NCBI GenBank assembly: GCA_035524735.1 | Contig: DATKOH010000121.1 | Location: 1-49,425, forward strand | Reading direction: 5' to 3' | DNA: 49,425 bases | Source: Gemmatimonadaceae bacterium | GTDB taxonomy: Bacteria; Gemmatimonadota; Gemmatimonadetes; Gemmatimonadales; Gemmatimonadaceae | Shown here: piece after piece, positions 31,248-42,781 of the stretch | Numbering within the stretch: position 1 is the first letter of the stretch | Layout: every line of letters starts with the position of its first letter | The notes under the pieces: generated by a model | Databases searched by the model: none | Told to the model about the DNA's origin: nothing | Seen by the model: only the letters and a program-made list of their open reading frames with translations | Program-made: the position numbers and the translations under genes

Positions 31248-31867
31248 AGGTTCCACCCCCGCAGCGTCTCCAGCGCCTGCTCCAGCGCCGCGCGCTGCTC
31301 GGGCTGCGACGCCGTGCGCAGGAGCTGGTCGTAGCTCCGGATCGCGAGCTGCAGCGCTTCGCGGTCGCGCTCCGCGCCGGCGAGACTCGCCGCCGCATCG
31401 GCGAGCGTCGCGCGCGCGAGGTCGTCCGAGGGGAAGCGCTCCGTCACCTGCCGCCAGCGCTCCATCCGCGCGCGCGGGTCGGGCTCCGTGAGCGCCCACA
31501 GGTGCCAGGCGGCGCGGTTCTCCGGATCGGCCGCGAGGGCGCGCGCGGCGAGCTCGCCGGTGGCTTCCGCGCCGCGCCCGGTGAGCCAGTACGCGTTCGC
31601 GAGCGTGACCAGCGCGCGCGCATCGTGCGGCCGCTCGGCCACCACGCGCTCGTACACCGGCCCCGCCACCTCGGGGATCGTGCGGTACGGCTCCACCGCC
31701 GCGATGAGCGCGTCGAGGTCCGCGCCCTCGGCGACCGCGAGGAGCCGGTCGAGCAGCGCGCCGAAGTCGTTCGTGTCGCGGTAGGCCTCGACGGCCCGCG
31801 CGATCGCGGCCGCCGGGTCGCTGGGAAGTCCCGTGTCCATTACATTGAAGATATCACCCGTCGCCAC
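31244..31867 (-). CDS. TPR-like hypothetical protein
   Basis: 207-aa track ORF, helical, with LANAYWLTGRGAEATGELAARALAADPENRAAWHLWAL. An alternative start is the ATG at 31840 (MDTGLPSD). Its stop overlaps the kinase stop in a CTAG. Confidence 0.7.
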   Translation of the reverse strand: MATGDIFNVMDTGLPSDPAAAIARAVEAYRDTNDFGALLDRLLAVAEGADLDALIAAVEPYRTIPEVAGPVYERVVAERPHDARALVTLANAYWLTGRGAEATGELAARALAADPENRAAWHLWALTEPDPRARMERWRQVTERFPSDDLARATLADAAASLAGAERDREALQLAIRSYDQLLRTASQPEQRAALEQALETLRGWNL

Positions 31868-31881
31868 CGAGGGACGCGCGC

Positions 31882-32142
31882 ATGAAGGTCGAGCACGACA
31901 CGACGTCCCCGCCGCTCGGCACGCCGGCGACGGCGGACCTGCGGCGCCTCACCGCCACCGTGCAGCACCAGCTGAACAATCCGCTGGCCGCGCTGCTCGC
32001 GGAGGCGCAGTTGCTGCGCCTGGAACCCGACCTCGCGGACCATCACGCCGAGGCCGTCGACCGGATGATCGAGATCGTGCGGCGCATCATCGCGCTCGTG
32101 CGGGACCTGGAGCGCCCCGGCAGCGGCTCCGCCGCGCGGTAG
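31882..32142 (+). CDS. Stand-alone HisKA/DHp-domain protein (86 aa, no ATPase domain)
   Basis: Track ORF with an H-box-like VQHQLNNPLAALLAEAQLL followed by a second helix AEAVDRMIEIVRRIIALVRDL. Third-position G/C is near-uniform. The stop is clear at 32140-32142. Confidence 0.7.
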   Translation: MKVEHDTTSPPLGTPATADLRRLTATVQHQLNNPLAALLAEAQLLRLEPDLADHHAEAVDRMIEIVRRIIALVRDLERPGSGSAAR

Positions 32143-32522
32143 CCGGGAATCCTTCGGGTGGTCCGGCCGGGGCGGGTGTTGCGGAATCGCCGCCGGTGAG
32201 CGAGAATACGGAAGGTCGCCGGGCAGCGCGGGCGACCGTCCCAGACAGATCGCAGGACCCAGTGGTGCCGCCGGCGGACGCTCGCATGAGCGCCGCGAGC
32301 GTGCCACGGTCGGTCGCAACTCGGAGCGCGCGTGTGGCATCCGCGCCCGGGTCGAATCACAGAGGAGCGCACGCCGCGTTCGCGCGCGGCAGTCCGATCC
32401 ACCGGCCTGGGGCCCGCTGTACGTAGTCCGTGCTCGATCTTCGCATCGAACGCCGCGTCCATCCGTCCGGAGGGCCCGGCGTCGCGCACCACGCCTTCAT
32501 CCATCCAGAGTCGCGATACCGA

Positions 32523-34037
<1,515 letters not shown>

Positions 34038-34038
34038 G

Positions 34039-34115
34039 GCTCGGCGCTCGGCGCTCGGCGCTCGGCGCTCGGCGCTCGGCGCTCGGCGCTCGGCGCTCGG
34101 CGTTCGGCGCTCGGC
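34039..34115 (+). repeat. Heptanucleotide tandem array (GCTCGGC)x11, one variant unit GTTCGGC
   Basis: It starts 1 nt after the rho stop codon. The track confirms it as the recurring LGARRSA translation. It is followed by (GGCTGAN)x3 at 34126-34146, which reaches the M20 stop. Confidence 0.97.
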
Positions 34116-34141
34116 GCAGCCTGATGGCTGACGGCTGAGGG

Positions 34142-35521
34142 CTATCCCCTCAATTCATCCCACAGCGCCGCCATCGCGCGGGTGCCCTTCACGAAGTTCT
34201 CGTCGCTCATCCACTCGTTCGGCGCGTGCGCGTTCTCGCCGGGGAGGCCGAAGCCGACGAGGAGCACGGGGGCGCCGAGGATCCGCTGGAAGTCGCCCAC
34301 CACCGGGATCGAGCCGCCCTCGCCCACGATCACCGGCTCCCGGTCGAAGGCCACCTTCAGCGCGCGGCGCGCCGCGTCGAAGAGCGGGCCGCTCAGCGCC
34401 GCGCGCCAGGGACGGCCGCCGTGCAGGTGCTCCACCGTCACCGTCACCCCCTTCGGCGTCACCTTCCGGATGTGCGCCTTCATCAGCCGCTGGATCTCCT
34501 CCGGCGTCTGGTCGGGCACGAGGCGGCAGCTCACCTTCGCCATCGCCTTCGCCGGCAGCACCGTCTTCGCCCCCTCGCCGGTGTAGCCGGAGAGCATCCC
34601 GTTCACCTCGCACGTCGGACGCATCCAGACGCGCTCGAGGGTGGAGTAGCCCTTCTCCCCCACCGCCGCCTGCGCGGCGGCCTCCTTCAGGAAGGTGCGG
34701 TCGCTGAACGGCAGCTTCTTCAGCCCCTGCCGCGCCTTCGCCTCCCAGTTGCGCACCTTCGCGTAGAAGCCCTTGATGGCGACGTGCCCGTTCGCGTCGT
34801 GGAAGCTCGCGATGATCCGCGCCAGCACCGTCGCCGGGTTCGCCACCGCGCCGCCGTAGCTCCCCGAGTGCAGGTCCCCCGCCGCCCCCTGCACGTCGAT
34901 CTGGAAGTACGCGAGCCCGCGCAGCGAGCTCAGGATGCTCGGCAGCCCCGGCGCGAACATCGACGAGTCGGAGATCACCACGTAGTCGCAGGCGAGGCGT
35001 TCCGCGTTCCGCTCGATGAAGCGCTCGAGGTTCTCGCTCCCCACCTCCTCCTCCCCCTCGGCGAGCACGATCATGTTCACCGGCAGCGCGCCGCGCGTCG
35101 CGAGGTGCGCCTGGATCGCCTTGATGTGGAGGAAGAGCTGCCCCTTGTCGTCCACGGAACCGCGCGCGTAGATGCGGCCGTCGCGCACCGCGGGCTCGAA
35201 GGGCGGACTCGTCCACAGGTCGAGCGGCTCCGCGGGCTGCACGTCGTAGTGCCCGTACACCAGCACGGTGGGCGCGTCCTTCCCCGCCCCGCGCCACTCG
35301 CCGAGCACCACGGGGTGGCCGCCGGTGGGGAGGATCTCCGCGGTCATGCCGGCCTCGCGCAGCGCGCGCGCCACCCACTCGGCGCAGCGCTGCATGTCCG
35401 GCGCGTGCTCGGAGCGCGCGCTCACGCTCGGGATCCGCAGGAAGTCGAAGAGCTCGGCGTGCGCCTTCTGGTCGTTCTTCGCGAGGAACTGCGCGAGGTC
35501 GGGGGCGAGGGTCGGGGTCAT
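34142..35521 (-). CDS. M20-family dipeptidase
   Basis: In-frame ATG at 35521 (MTPTLAPDLAQFLAKN) within track ORF 34142..36559. Motifs are VLVYGHYDVQP, ARGSVDDKGQ and LAEGEEEVGS. The ATG overlaps the upstream gene's stop (ATGA). Confidence 0.9.
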   Translation of the reverse strand: MTPTLAPDLAQFLAKNDQKAHAELFDFLRIPSVSARSEHAPDMQRCAEWVARALREAGMTAEILPTGGHPVVLGEWRGAGKDAPTVLVYGHYDVQPAEPLDLWTSPPFEPAVRDGRIYARGSVDDKGQLFLHIKAIQAHLATRGALPVNMIVLAEGEEEVGSENLERFIERNAERLACDYVVISDSSMFAPGLPSILSSLRGLAYFQIDVQGAAGDLHSGSYGGAVANPATVLARIIASFHDANGHVAIKGFYAKVRNWEAKARQGLKKLPFSDRTFLKEAAAQAAVGEKGYSTLERVWMRPTCEVNGMLSGYTGEGAKTVLPAKAMAKVSCRLVPDQTPEEIQRLMKAHIRKVTPKGVTVTVEHLHGGRPWRAALSGPLFDAARRALKVAFDREPVIVGEGGSIPVVGDFQRILGAPVLLVGFGLPGENAHAPNEWMSDENFVKGTRAMAALWDELRG

Positions 35522-37041
35522 GGCAGCACGGAGGTGAGGGAGTCGAGGAGCCAGATGCGCTTGCGCTCGCGCACGGAGCCGGCGCGGCCGAGCGCGACCA
35601 CGTCGAGGAGCGTCACCGACCGGTAGCGCGGCGCGAGCGCGGAGAGCCCGGGATTCGCGGCGAGCGCGCTGTCGGCGCCGTCGTTCGGGCCGACGATGAG
35701 CAGCGCGCTCCCCGGCGCCGCGCGCTCGCGCAGCCCGGGCCAGAGATCGTACTGGTTGGGCCGGTAGCCGGTGTTGATGGACAGCACGTCGGGATGGCCG
35801 GGGATCCAGTACGCGAGCTCCGAGGCATCCTGGTACTTCTGCGCCGCGAGGATCGGCGCGGCGCGGCCGCGCGCGAGCGAATCGCGCAGCACCGTCACGC
35901 GCGCCGCGAGCTCGGCGAAGCCGGCATTCCGCGCCATCGGGTCCTTCCGCGCGGGGATCGGCAGCAGCGCGTGCGTGGCCTGCCCGTACGTGGCGGCGAC
36001 GATCAGCGCGCCGAGCACGCATCCCGCCGTGAGCCACTTCCGCCACGCGAGCGAGCCCCCGTGCGCCGCGAGCAGCGCGACCGCGGGGATGTACGCCGGC
36101 GCGGGCCAGTTCGCCTCCGCCGGCCGCCGCCAGGCGCTGTACACGAAGAAGAGGAAGGTGGCCGCGGCGACGATGGCGAGCAGCCGCAGCGCCGGCGCCG
36201 CCGCCGGGCGCAGCGCGCGCCCCACCGCGATCGCCATCATCACGAACAGGATTGGGGTGACGAGCCCGAGCTGCCCGCCGAGCAGTTCGCCCTCCCGCGC
36301 GATCCCCGTGCCGCGCACCGGGCCGAGCCCGTGCGCGAGCTGGAAGCGGAAGGATGCCCAGTCGTGCTGCGCGTTCCACCGGAGCACCGGCACCATCACG
36401 AGCGACGCGAGCACCACCGCGAGGTACGGCCCCGGCGTCGCGAACTGCCGGCGCAGCGGCTTCACGATGATCAGCGCGAGCACCACCGACGCGGGGAGGA
36501 GCACCCCCGTGTACTTCGACGCCATCGCCGCGCCGCAGGCCAGCCCCGCGAGCGCCCACCAGCCCACCGCCGAGTCGTGCGACGTGTGCGGCGACACGGC
36601 GCGCTCCACCGCGAGCAGCGCGATCGCGCCGAAGCAGAGGAGCGGCGCATCCGGCGTGGCCAGCACCAGTCCCGCGCCGGCGAGCGGCAGGCAGGCGAGC
36701 ACCACCGACGCGCGTACGCCGGCGCTCTGGCCGCCCACGCGCCGCGCGAGCAGGATCGCCGCCACCACCCCCGCCGTGCCGAGGAGCACCGGCACCACGC
36801 GGATGCCGAACGCCGAGTCGCCGAAGAGGAGCGTGCCCGCGCGGATCGCCACGGCGATCCCCGGCGGATGATCGAAGAAGCCGCCGGCGAGATGGCGCGA
36901 CCAGTCCCAGTAGTAGGTCTCGTCCGGGAAGGGAGCGATCGTCGCCGCCATCCCGAGCCGCAGGATCGCCGCGAGGAACGCCACCATCAGCGCGGTGCCG
37001 AGCTGGTCGCGCTCCGCCGGGGGCGCGGGCGCCGCGCTCAC
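35518..37041 (-). CDS. Glycosyltransferase family 39 (ArnT/PMT-like) integral membrane protein
   Basis: C-terminal 507 aa of track ORF 35518..38013. The motif is PFPDETYYWDWSRHLAGGFFDHPPG, with many TM helices. The GTG at 37041 overlaps the upstream stop (GTGA). An alternative start is the ATG at 36987 (MVAFLAAIL). Confidence 0.85.
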   Translation of the reverse strand: MSAAPAPPAERDQLGTALMVAFLAAILRLGMAATIAPFPDETYYWDWSRHLAGGFFDHPPGIAVAIRAGTLLFGDSAFGIRVVPVLLGTAGVVAAILLARRVGGQSAGVRASVVLACLPLAGAGLVLATPDAPLLCFGAIALLAVERAVSPHTSHDSAVGWWALAGLACGAAMASKYTGVLLPASVVLALIIVKPLRRQFATPGPYLAVVLASLVMVPVLRWNAQHDWASFRFQLAHGLGPVRGTGIAREGELLGGQLGLVTPILFVMMAIAVGRALRPAAAPALRLLAIVAAATFLFFVYSAWRRPAEANWPAPAYIPAVALLAAHGGSLAWRKWLTAGCVLGALIVAATYGQATHALLPIPARKDPMARNAGFAELAARVTVLRDSLARGRAAPILAAQKYQDASELAYWIPGHPDVLSINTGYRPNQYDLWPGLRERAAPGSALLIVGPNDGADSALAANPGLSALAPRYRSVTLLDVVALGRAGSVRERKRIWLLDSLTSVLP

Positions 37042-38240
37042 GCCGCCCGCTTGCGCACGAACATCGCGAGCCCCCACGCCGCCCACGCCCACGCGAGCCA
37101 CGCGAGACGCTCCGGCCAGGAGATCGTGCGCGCGAGGTTCACGATCATCGCGGGAAGGGTGAGCGCCACCGCCACCGGCCCGCCGGCGAATGGGGAGCGC
37201 CGCTCCACCACCGTCACCGCCCGCCCGCGCTCCGCCCGCAGTCGCACCTCGATCAGCCGGCCGACGGAATCGGGCGCGAGATCGCGCCAGCCCTGGATGC
37301 GCATCACGTTCCACGCGACGGCGGTGCGCCCCCAGCCGTGGTTGTTCGAGCCCGCGAGCGGCGCGAGGTCCAGCGCGCCCGCGAGATGCAGGATGAGTCC
37401 CCGGTCCCGCTGCGCCTGCGCGATGCCGCGCGGCGCGCCGTCGGAGATCTCGATCCCCGTGAGCCCGGACTGCCGCCCCGGCCGGAGCTGCACCATCCAG
37501 CCGAGCTGCTCCGGGATCGTCTCGATGATCACCGGCTCGCCCTGCGGCGGCGTCCCCTTCCCCGCGCGCACGCACCACCCCTCGAGCAGCCCGGGCACCA
37601 CCGTCACCGTCGGCGACTCCAGCACCAGGAGATGCTCCTGCTCGGCGGGAAGCTCGATGCCGCTGAGCAGCACCGTGCCATCGCCGGCGCGCTTCGGATT
37701 GCCGCGCATCCCCTCCGCCGCGCCGTCGAAGCAGCGATGGTCGGTGACGTACGCCACGTCGAAGCCGGCGGCGCGATGCCACGCGCGGTTGTCCGCCACC
37801 GTGAACGTGGCGCGCGCGTCGTGCGAGTAGTTCGTGTGGCTGTGGATGTCGAACACCACCGCGTCGGGATCGTCCATGGCGAGGCGCGCCATCGGCCGCG
37901 GCATCACCGCCGTGAGGATCACCGCGAGCGCCAGCAGCAGGAAGGCGCGCAGCGCCGCGCAGAACTCGCACCAGCCGCTCGTCGCCGTGCGGCGGCGGCG
38001 CAGGAGCCGCCACGCCGCGTAGACGACGATGAGCGAGCAGCCGAAGGCGATGAGCTGCGGCACCGAGAGGAGCGACAGCGCGTCGAAGGTGCCGGAGAGC
38101 GGCGCGATCGCCGAGTAGAGCGCGGAGCGCACGAGCGACGCCCCCGGCACGCCGCCCCCCGTCACCGCGTCGCGCAGCGGCGACGCCGGCAGGACCGCGC
38201 CGAGCAGCGCGAGCACCGTCACCGCCAGCGGCCAGCCCAT
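37038..38240 (-). CDS. Membrane-anchored PHP-domain metal-dependent phosphoesterase
   Basis: In-frame ATG at 38240 (MGWPLAVTVLALLGAVL) within track ORF 37038..38381. The PHP motif is DIHSHTNYSHD. Both N- and C-terminal hydrophobic helices are present. Confidence 0.8.
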   Translation of the reverse strand: MGWPLAVTVLALLGAVLPASPLRDAVTGGGVPGASLVRSALYSAIAPLSGTFDALSLLSVPQLIAFGCSLIVVYAAWRLLRRRRTATSGWCEFCAALRAFLLLALAVILTAVMPRPMARLAMDDPDAVVFDIHSHTNYSHDARATFTVADNRAWHRAAGFDVAYVTDHRCFDGAAEGMRGNPKRAGDGTVLLSGIELPAEQEHLLVLESPTVTVVPGLLEGWCVRAGKGTPPQGEPVIIETIPEQLGWMVQLRPGRQSGLTGIEISDGAPRGIAQAQRDRGLILHLAGALDLAPLAGSNNHGWGRTAVAWNVMRIQGWRDLAPDSVGRLIEVRLRAERGRAVTVVERRSPFAGGPVAVALTLPAMIVNLARTISWPERLAWLAWAWAAWGLAMFVRKRAA

Positions 38241-38251
38241 CCGGCGGCCCG

Positions 38252-38602
38252 TCACTTCGTCTCCGGCGCCGCCGGCCGGTACGCGATCACCTGCACCTTC
38301 TCGAGCGTGATCAGCCCGCCGCCGATCATGCCGTCGAGCTCGGGGAGGACGCCGTCGATCCGCTCCTGCGTGTCCACGCACTCCACCACCAGCGGCAGGT
38401 CGAGGCTCAGCCGCAGGATCTTGTCCGTATGCACGCGCGCGTTCGCGCCGAAGCCCGCGATCCCGCGGATCACCGTCGCGCCCGCCAGCCCGCGCTCGCG
38501 CAGCAGCGCCACGATCGCCTAGTACAGCGGACGCCCCTGCCAGCGGTCCGATTCGCCGATGTGCACCCGCATCAGCACCCGCTCCCCGCGCATCCCGTGC
38601 AT
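38252..38602 (-). pseudogene. DUF190 (PII-like, CrcB-associated) gene interrupted by an in-frame TAG
   Basis: The ATG at 38602 is preceded by GGAGGG. The translation is [60 protein letters not shown]... The TAG lies at 38519-38521, on the minus strand. The same nucleotides are confirmed by plus-strand track ORF 38429..38779 (...RHDRLVQR...). The track only reports the downstream 86-aa part, from the GTG at 38512. Confidence 0.8.
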
Positions 38603-38618
38603 GCGAGCTCCCTCCTGG

Positions 38619-38996
38619 TCAGCGGCCCGGCGCGAGCAGCGCGCGCGCGAGCGCGAATCCGGCGAACACCGCGCCGAGCGACAGCAGCACGCTCAGCAGC
38701 GCGTACATCATCGCGCGCCCGCCGCTGCCATCTTCAAGCAAGCGCGCGGCCTCGTACGCGAAGGTCGAGAAGGTCGTGAATCCGCCGCAGAAGCCGATCG
38801 TGAGCGCGGCGCGGATCTCCGGCGTCGCGGGCGTCTGCGTCAGGTACCGGACGAGGAAGCCGAGGAGGAACGATCCGCCCACGTTGATCGCGAGCGTCCC
38901 CACCGGGAACTCGGCGCTCCACCGCTGCGCCCAGCCCCCGATCCACCACCGCGCCAGCGTCCCGAGTGCACCACCCACAGCGATGCCGAAGAGCAT
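38619..38996 (-). CDS. crcB: Fluoride ion channel CrcB/Fluc
   Basis: In-frame ATG at 38996, giving 125 aa. The product is [17 protein letters not shown]...[16 protein letters not shown]...[12 protein letters not shown], with four TM helices and the family-typical GGxTTFSTF motif. Confidence 0.9.
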   Translation of the reverse strand: MLFGIAVGGALGTLARWWIGGWAQRWSAEFPVGTLAINVGGSFLLGFLVRYLTQTPATPEIRAALTIGFCGGFTTFSTFAYEAARLLEDGSGGRAMMYALLSVLLSLGAVFAGFALARALLAPGR

Positions 38997-39066
38997 GCAG
39001 GAAGGTAACTCCCGGCAGTCGATTGCATCCAGTCGAAGTGCCGCCGACGGGATCGTCGCTGAACGG

Positions 39067-39091
39067 CCGGGAGCCGGGAGCCGGGAGCCGG
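39067..39091 (+). repeat. Heptanucleotide repeat (CCGGGAG)x3.5
   Basis: The sequence ccgggagccgggagccgggagccgg lies in the crcB upstream region, 30 nt from the large array. Confidence 0.9.
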
Positions 39092-39120
39092 CGAGGCATG
39101 ACAACCTGTTCCCACGCAGC

Positions 39121-39239
39121 CCCGAGCGCCGAGCGCCGAGCCCCGAGCGCCGAGCGCCGAGCGCCGAGCGCCGAGCGCCGAGCCCCGAGCGCCGAGCGCC
39201 GAGCGCCGAGCGCCGAGCGCCGAGCGCCGAGCGCCGAGC
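39121..39239 (+). repeat. Heptanucleotide tandem array (GCCGAGC)x17, with variant CCCGAGC at units 1, 4 and 10
   Basis: The array is 119 nt and is the exact reverse complement of the unit at 34039-34115. The track confirms it as recurring SAERRAP / SPERRAP translations. It ends 23 nt before the yyaL-like ATG. Confidence 0.97.
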
Positions 39240-39262
39240 ATATTACCTTGCCCTACGCCCCC

Positions 39263-41271
<2,009 letters not shown>

Positions 41272-41275
<4 letters not shown>

Positions 41276-41421
41276 AGGTCGGCGCAGGTCCTCAGGATCG
41301 TGCCGCAGCGCTTGCAGAGCAGCTTGCAGTTGCGCCACCAGGTCTCGCCCCCGCAGAGCTCGCAGGGGGGCGCATCGTCCGGCTGAGCGCGCTTCAGAGG
41401 AGCGTCGGGCTCAGATCCCAC
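41272..41421 (-). CDS. 49-aa dual-CxxC zinc-ribbon-like ORF (putative)
   Basis: The in-frame GTG at 41421 gives [49 protein letters not shown]. About 43 of 47 third positions are G/C. There is no ATG, so the start is uncertain. It overlaps the NicO 3' end by 11 nt and the yyaL stop by a CTAG. Confidence 0.45.
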
Positions 41422-42076
41422 CGGTCGTGAGCCACCAGATGCCGACGGCGAGGCTCGCGACGCCGGCGCCCGCGACGGCCAGGCGCTCGAAGCGGAGCTC
41501 GCGACGCGTGGTGAGGCTGAAGAGATGCCCCGCCGTGGCGCCGAAGAGCGCCATCGAGCAGACCGTCCCGACCCCGAAGACGACGAGGAAGAGGATCCCC
41601 CCGGCGCGCGTCTCCGCGTAGGACGGAAGGAGCGCGACGAGCGCACCGGTGCCGGCGAGCCCGTGCAGCATGCCGATGCCGAAGAGCGCGCCGTGCGCGT
41701 GGTCGTGCGCCTCGCTCTCCGCGTGCGAGTGCACGTGCCAGTGCGCGGACCCGTCGTGGCTATGGACGTGGGCGTGGAGGCGCTTCGCGCGCCACATCGC
41801 GCTGAGCCCGAGCGCGATGAGCACCACGCCCACGAGGCGCTCGGCGACGGGAGCGAAGCGGTCGGGGATCCGGAGTCCCGACAGCACCACGAGCCCGCCG
41901 ACGAGGAGGATGGTGGTGGAGTGCCCCATCGCCCAGCGCGCGCCCAGCGAAGCGGCGCGGCGCCAGGAGGGGCGACGGCTGGCGAAGACGCTCACCGCGG
42001 CCAGGTGGTCCGGGCCGAACGAGTGGAGCGCGCCCAGCACGAGCGCGGTCGCGGCGAGCGGTGCGGTGGCGGTCAT
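41411..42076 (-). CDS. NicO/RcnA-like nickel-cobalt transporter family membrane protein
   Basis: 221-aa track ORF. The HX4DH signature lies in GALHSFGPDHLAAV. The His-rich loop is HAHVHSHDGSAHWHVHSHAESEAHDHAH. It has six hydrophobic helices. Confidence 0.85.
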   Translation of the reverse strand: MTATAPLAATALVLGALHSFGPDHLAAVSVFASRRPSWRRAASLGARWAMGHSTTILLVGGLVVLSGLRIPDRFAPVAERLVGVVLIALGLSAMWRAKRLHAHVHSHDGSAHWHVHSHAESEAHDHAHGALFGIGMLHGLAGTGALVALLPSYAETRAGGILFLVVFGVGTVCSMALFGATAGHLFSLTTRRELRFERLAVAGAGVASLAVGIWWLTTGGI

Positions 42077-42103
42077 CCGTGCAAGCTACGCGCGGCCCGC
42101 CGG

Positions 42104-42781
42104 CTACGCGACCTCCGCGCTGTCCGTCGTGAGCAGGCCGAGCTTGAGCGCCAGCTTCACGTAGTCGGCGCGGTGGGTGAGCGAGAGCTTCTCGTTGATC
42201 CGCTGCTTGTACGTGTCCACCGTCTTCGGGCTGATGAAGAGCTTCTCGCCGATCTCCGGGGCCGTGTAGCCGGCCGCGATGAGGCGCAGCACGTCCCGCT
42301 CGCGCTCGGTGAGCTTCTCGTAGCGCGCGCGATCGTCGGCGTGCTCGTCCTTCTTCTTCAGCCCCTTGGCGAGCACGCGCGCCGCCGCGGGACGGACGAA
42401 GAGCTCGCCGCGCGCCACGGTGCGCACCGCATCCACCAGCTCGCGGTCGGCCGCGCTCTTCACGAGGTAGCCCGCCGCGCCGGCCTCGAGCAGCGGCACG
42501 AGGTACTCCTCTTCGGCGTGCATGGTGAGCACGAGCACGCGCGCGCCCGACCCCTTCGACACCAGCGCCTTGGTGGCCGCCAGGCCGTCCATCTCGGCCA
42601 TCGACAGGTCCATCACCACCACGTCGGGATTGAGCCGCTCGGCGAGCGTGAGCGCTTCCTTGCCGTTGCTCGCCTCGCCCACCACGTCGATGTCCTTGGC
42701 CGCGCCGAGCACGGCCTTGAGGCCGGCGCGCACGATCGCGTGATCGTCCGCCAGCACCACCCGGATCAGGTCTCCACTCAT
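42104..42781 (-). CDS. NarL/FixJ-family response regulator
   Basis: 225-aa track ORF. The receiver has VVLADDH...VVVMDLSMAEMDG. The LuxR-type HTH reads LTERERDVLRLIAAGYTAPEIGEKLFISPKTVDTYKQRI. Confidence 0.95.
   Translation of the reverse strand: MSGDLIRVVLADDHAIVRAGLKAVLGAAKDIDVVGEASNGKEALTLAERLNPDVVVMDLSMAEMDGLAATKALVSKGSGARVLVLTMHAEEEYLVPLLEAGAAGYLVKSAADRELVDAVRTVARGELFVRPAAARVLAKGLKKKDEHADDRARYEKLTERERDVLRLIAAGYTAPEIGEKLFISPKTVDTYKQRINEKLSLTHRADYVKLALKLGLLTTDSAEVA

Noticed and set aside
38997-39120. Fluoride riboswitch (crcB motif) upstream of crcB
   Set aside because: Reading the minus strand, I could not find the conserved core elements I remember (GGnGAUGG ... AACCGCC ... GAUGAUGCCUAC-like). 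The region instead holds the CCGGGAG repeat. A covariance-model search is needed to be certain.
34039-39239. Whether the two heptamer arrays could be CRISPR arrays
   Set aside because: The units are 7 nt and directly abutting, with no spacers. No cas genes are in the window.
42077-42103. Metal-sensing (NiCo/czcD-type) riboswitch ahead of the NicO-family gene
   Set aside because: Only 27 nt separate it from the upstream response-regulator gene, which is too short for a riboswitch. The gene is probably co-transcribed with the two-component system.
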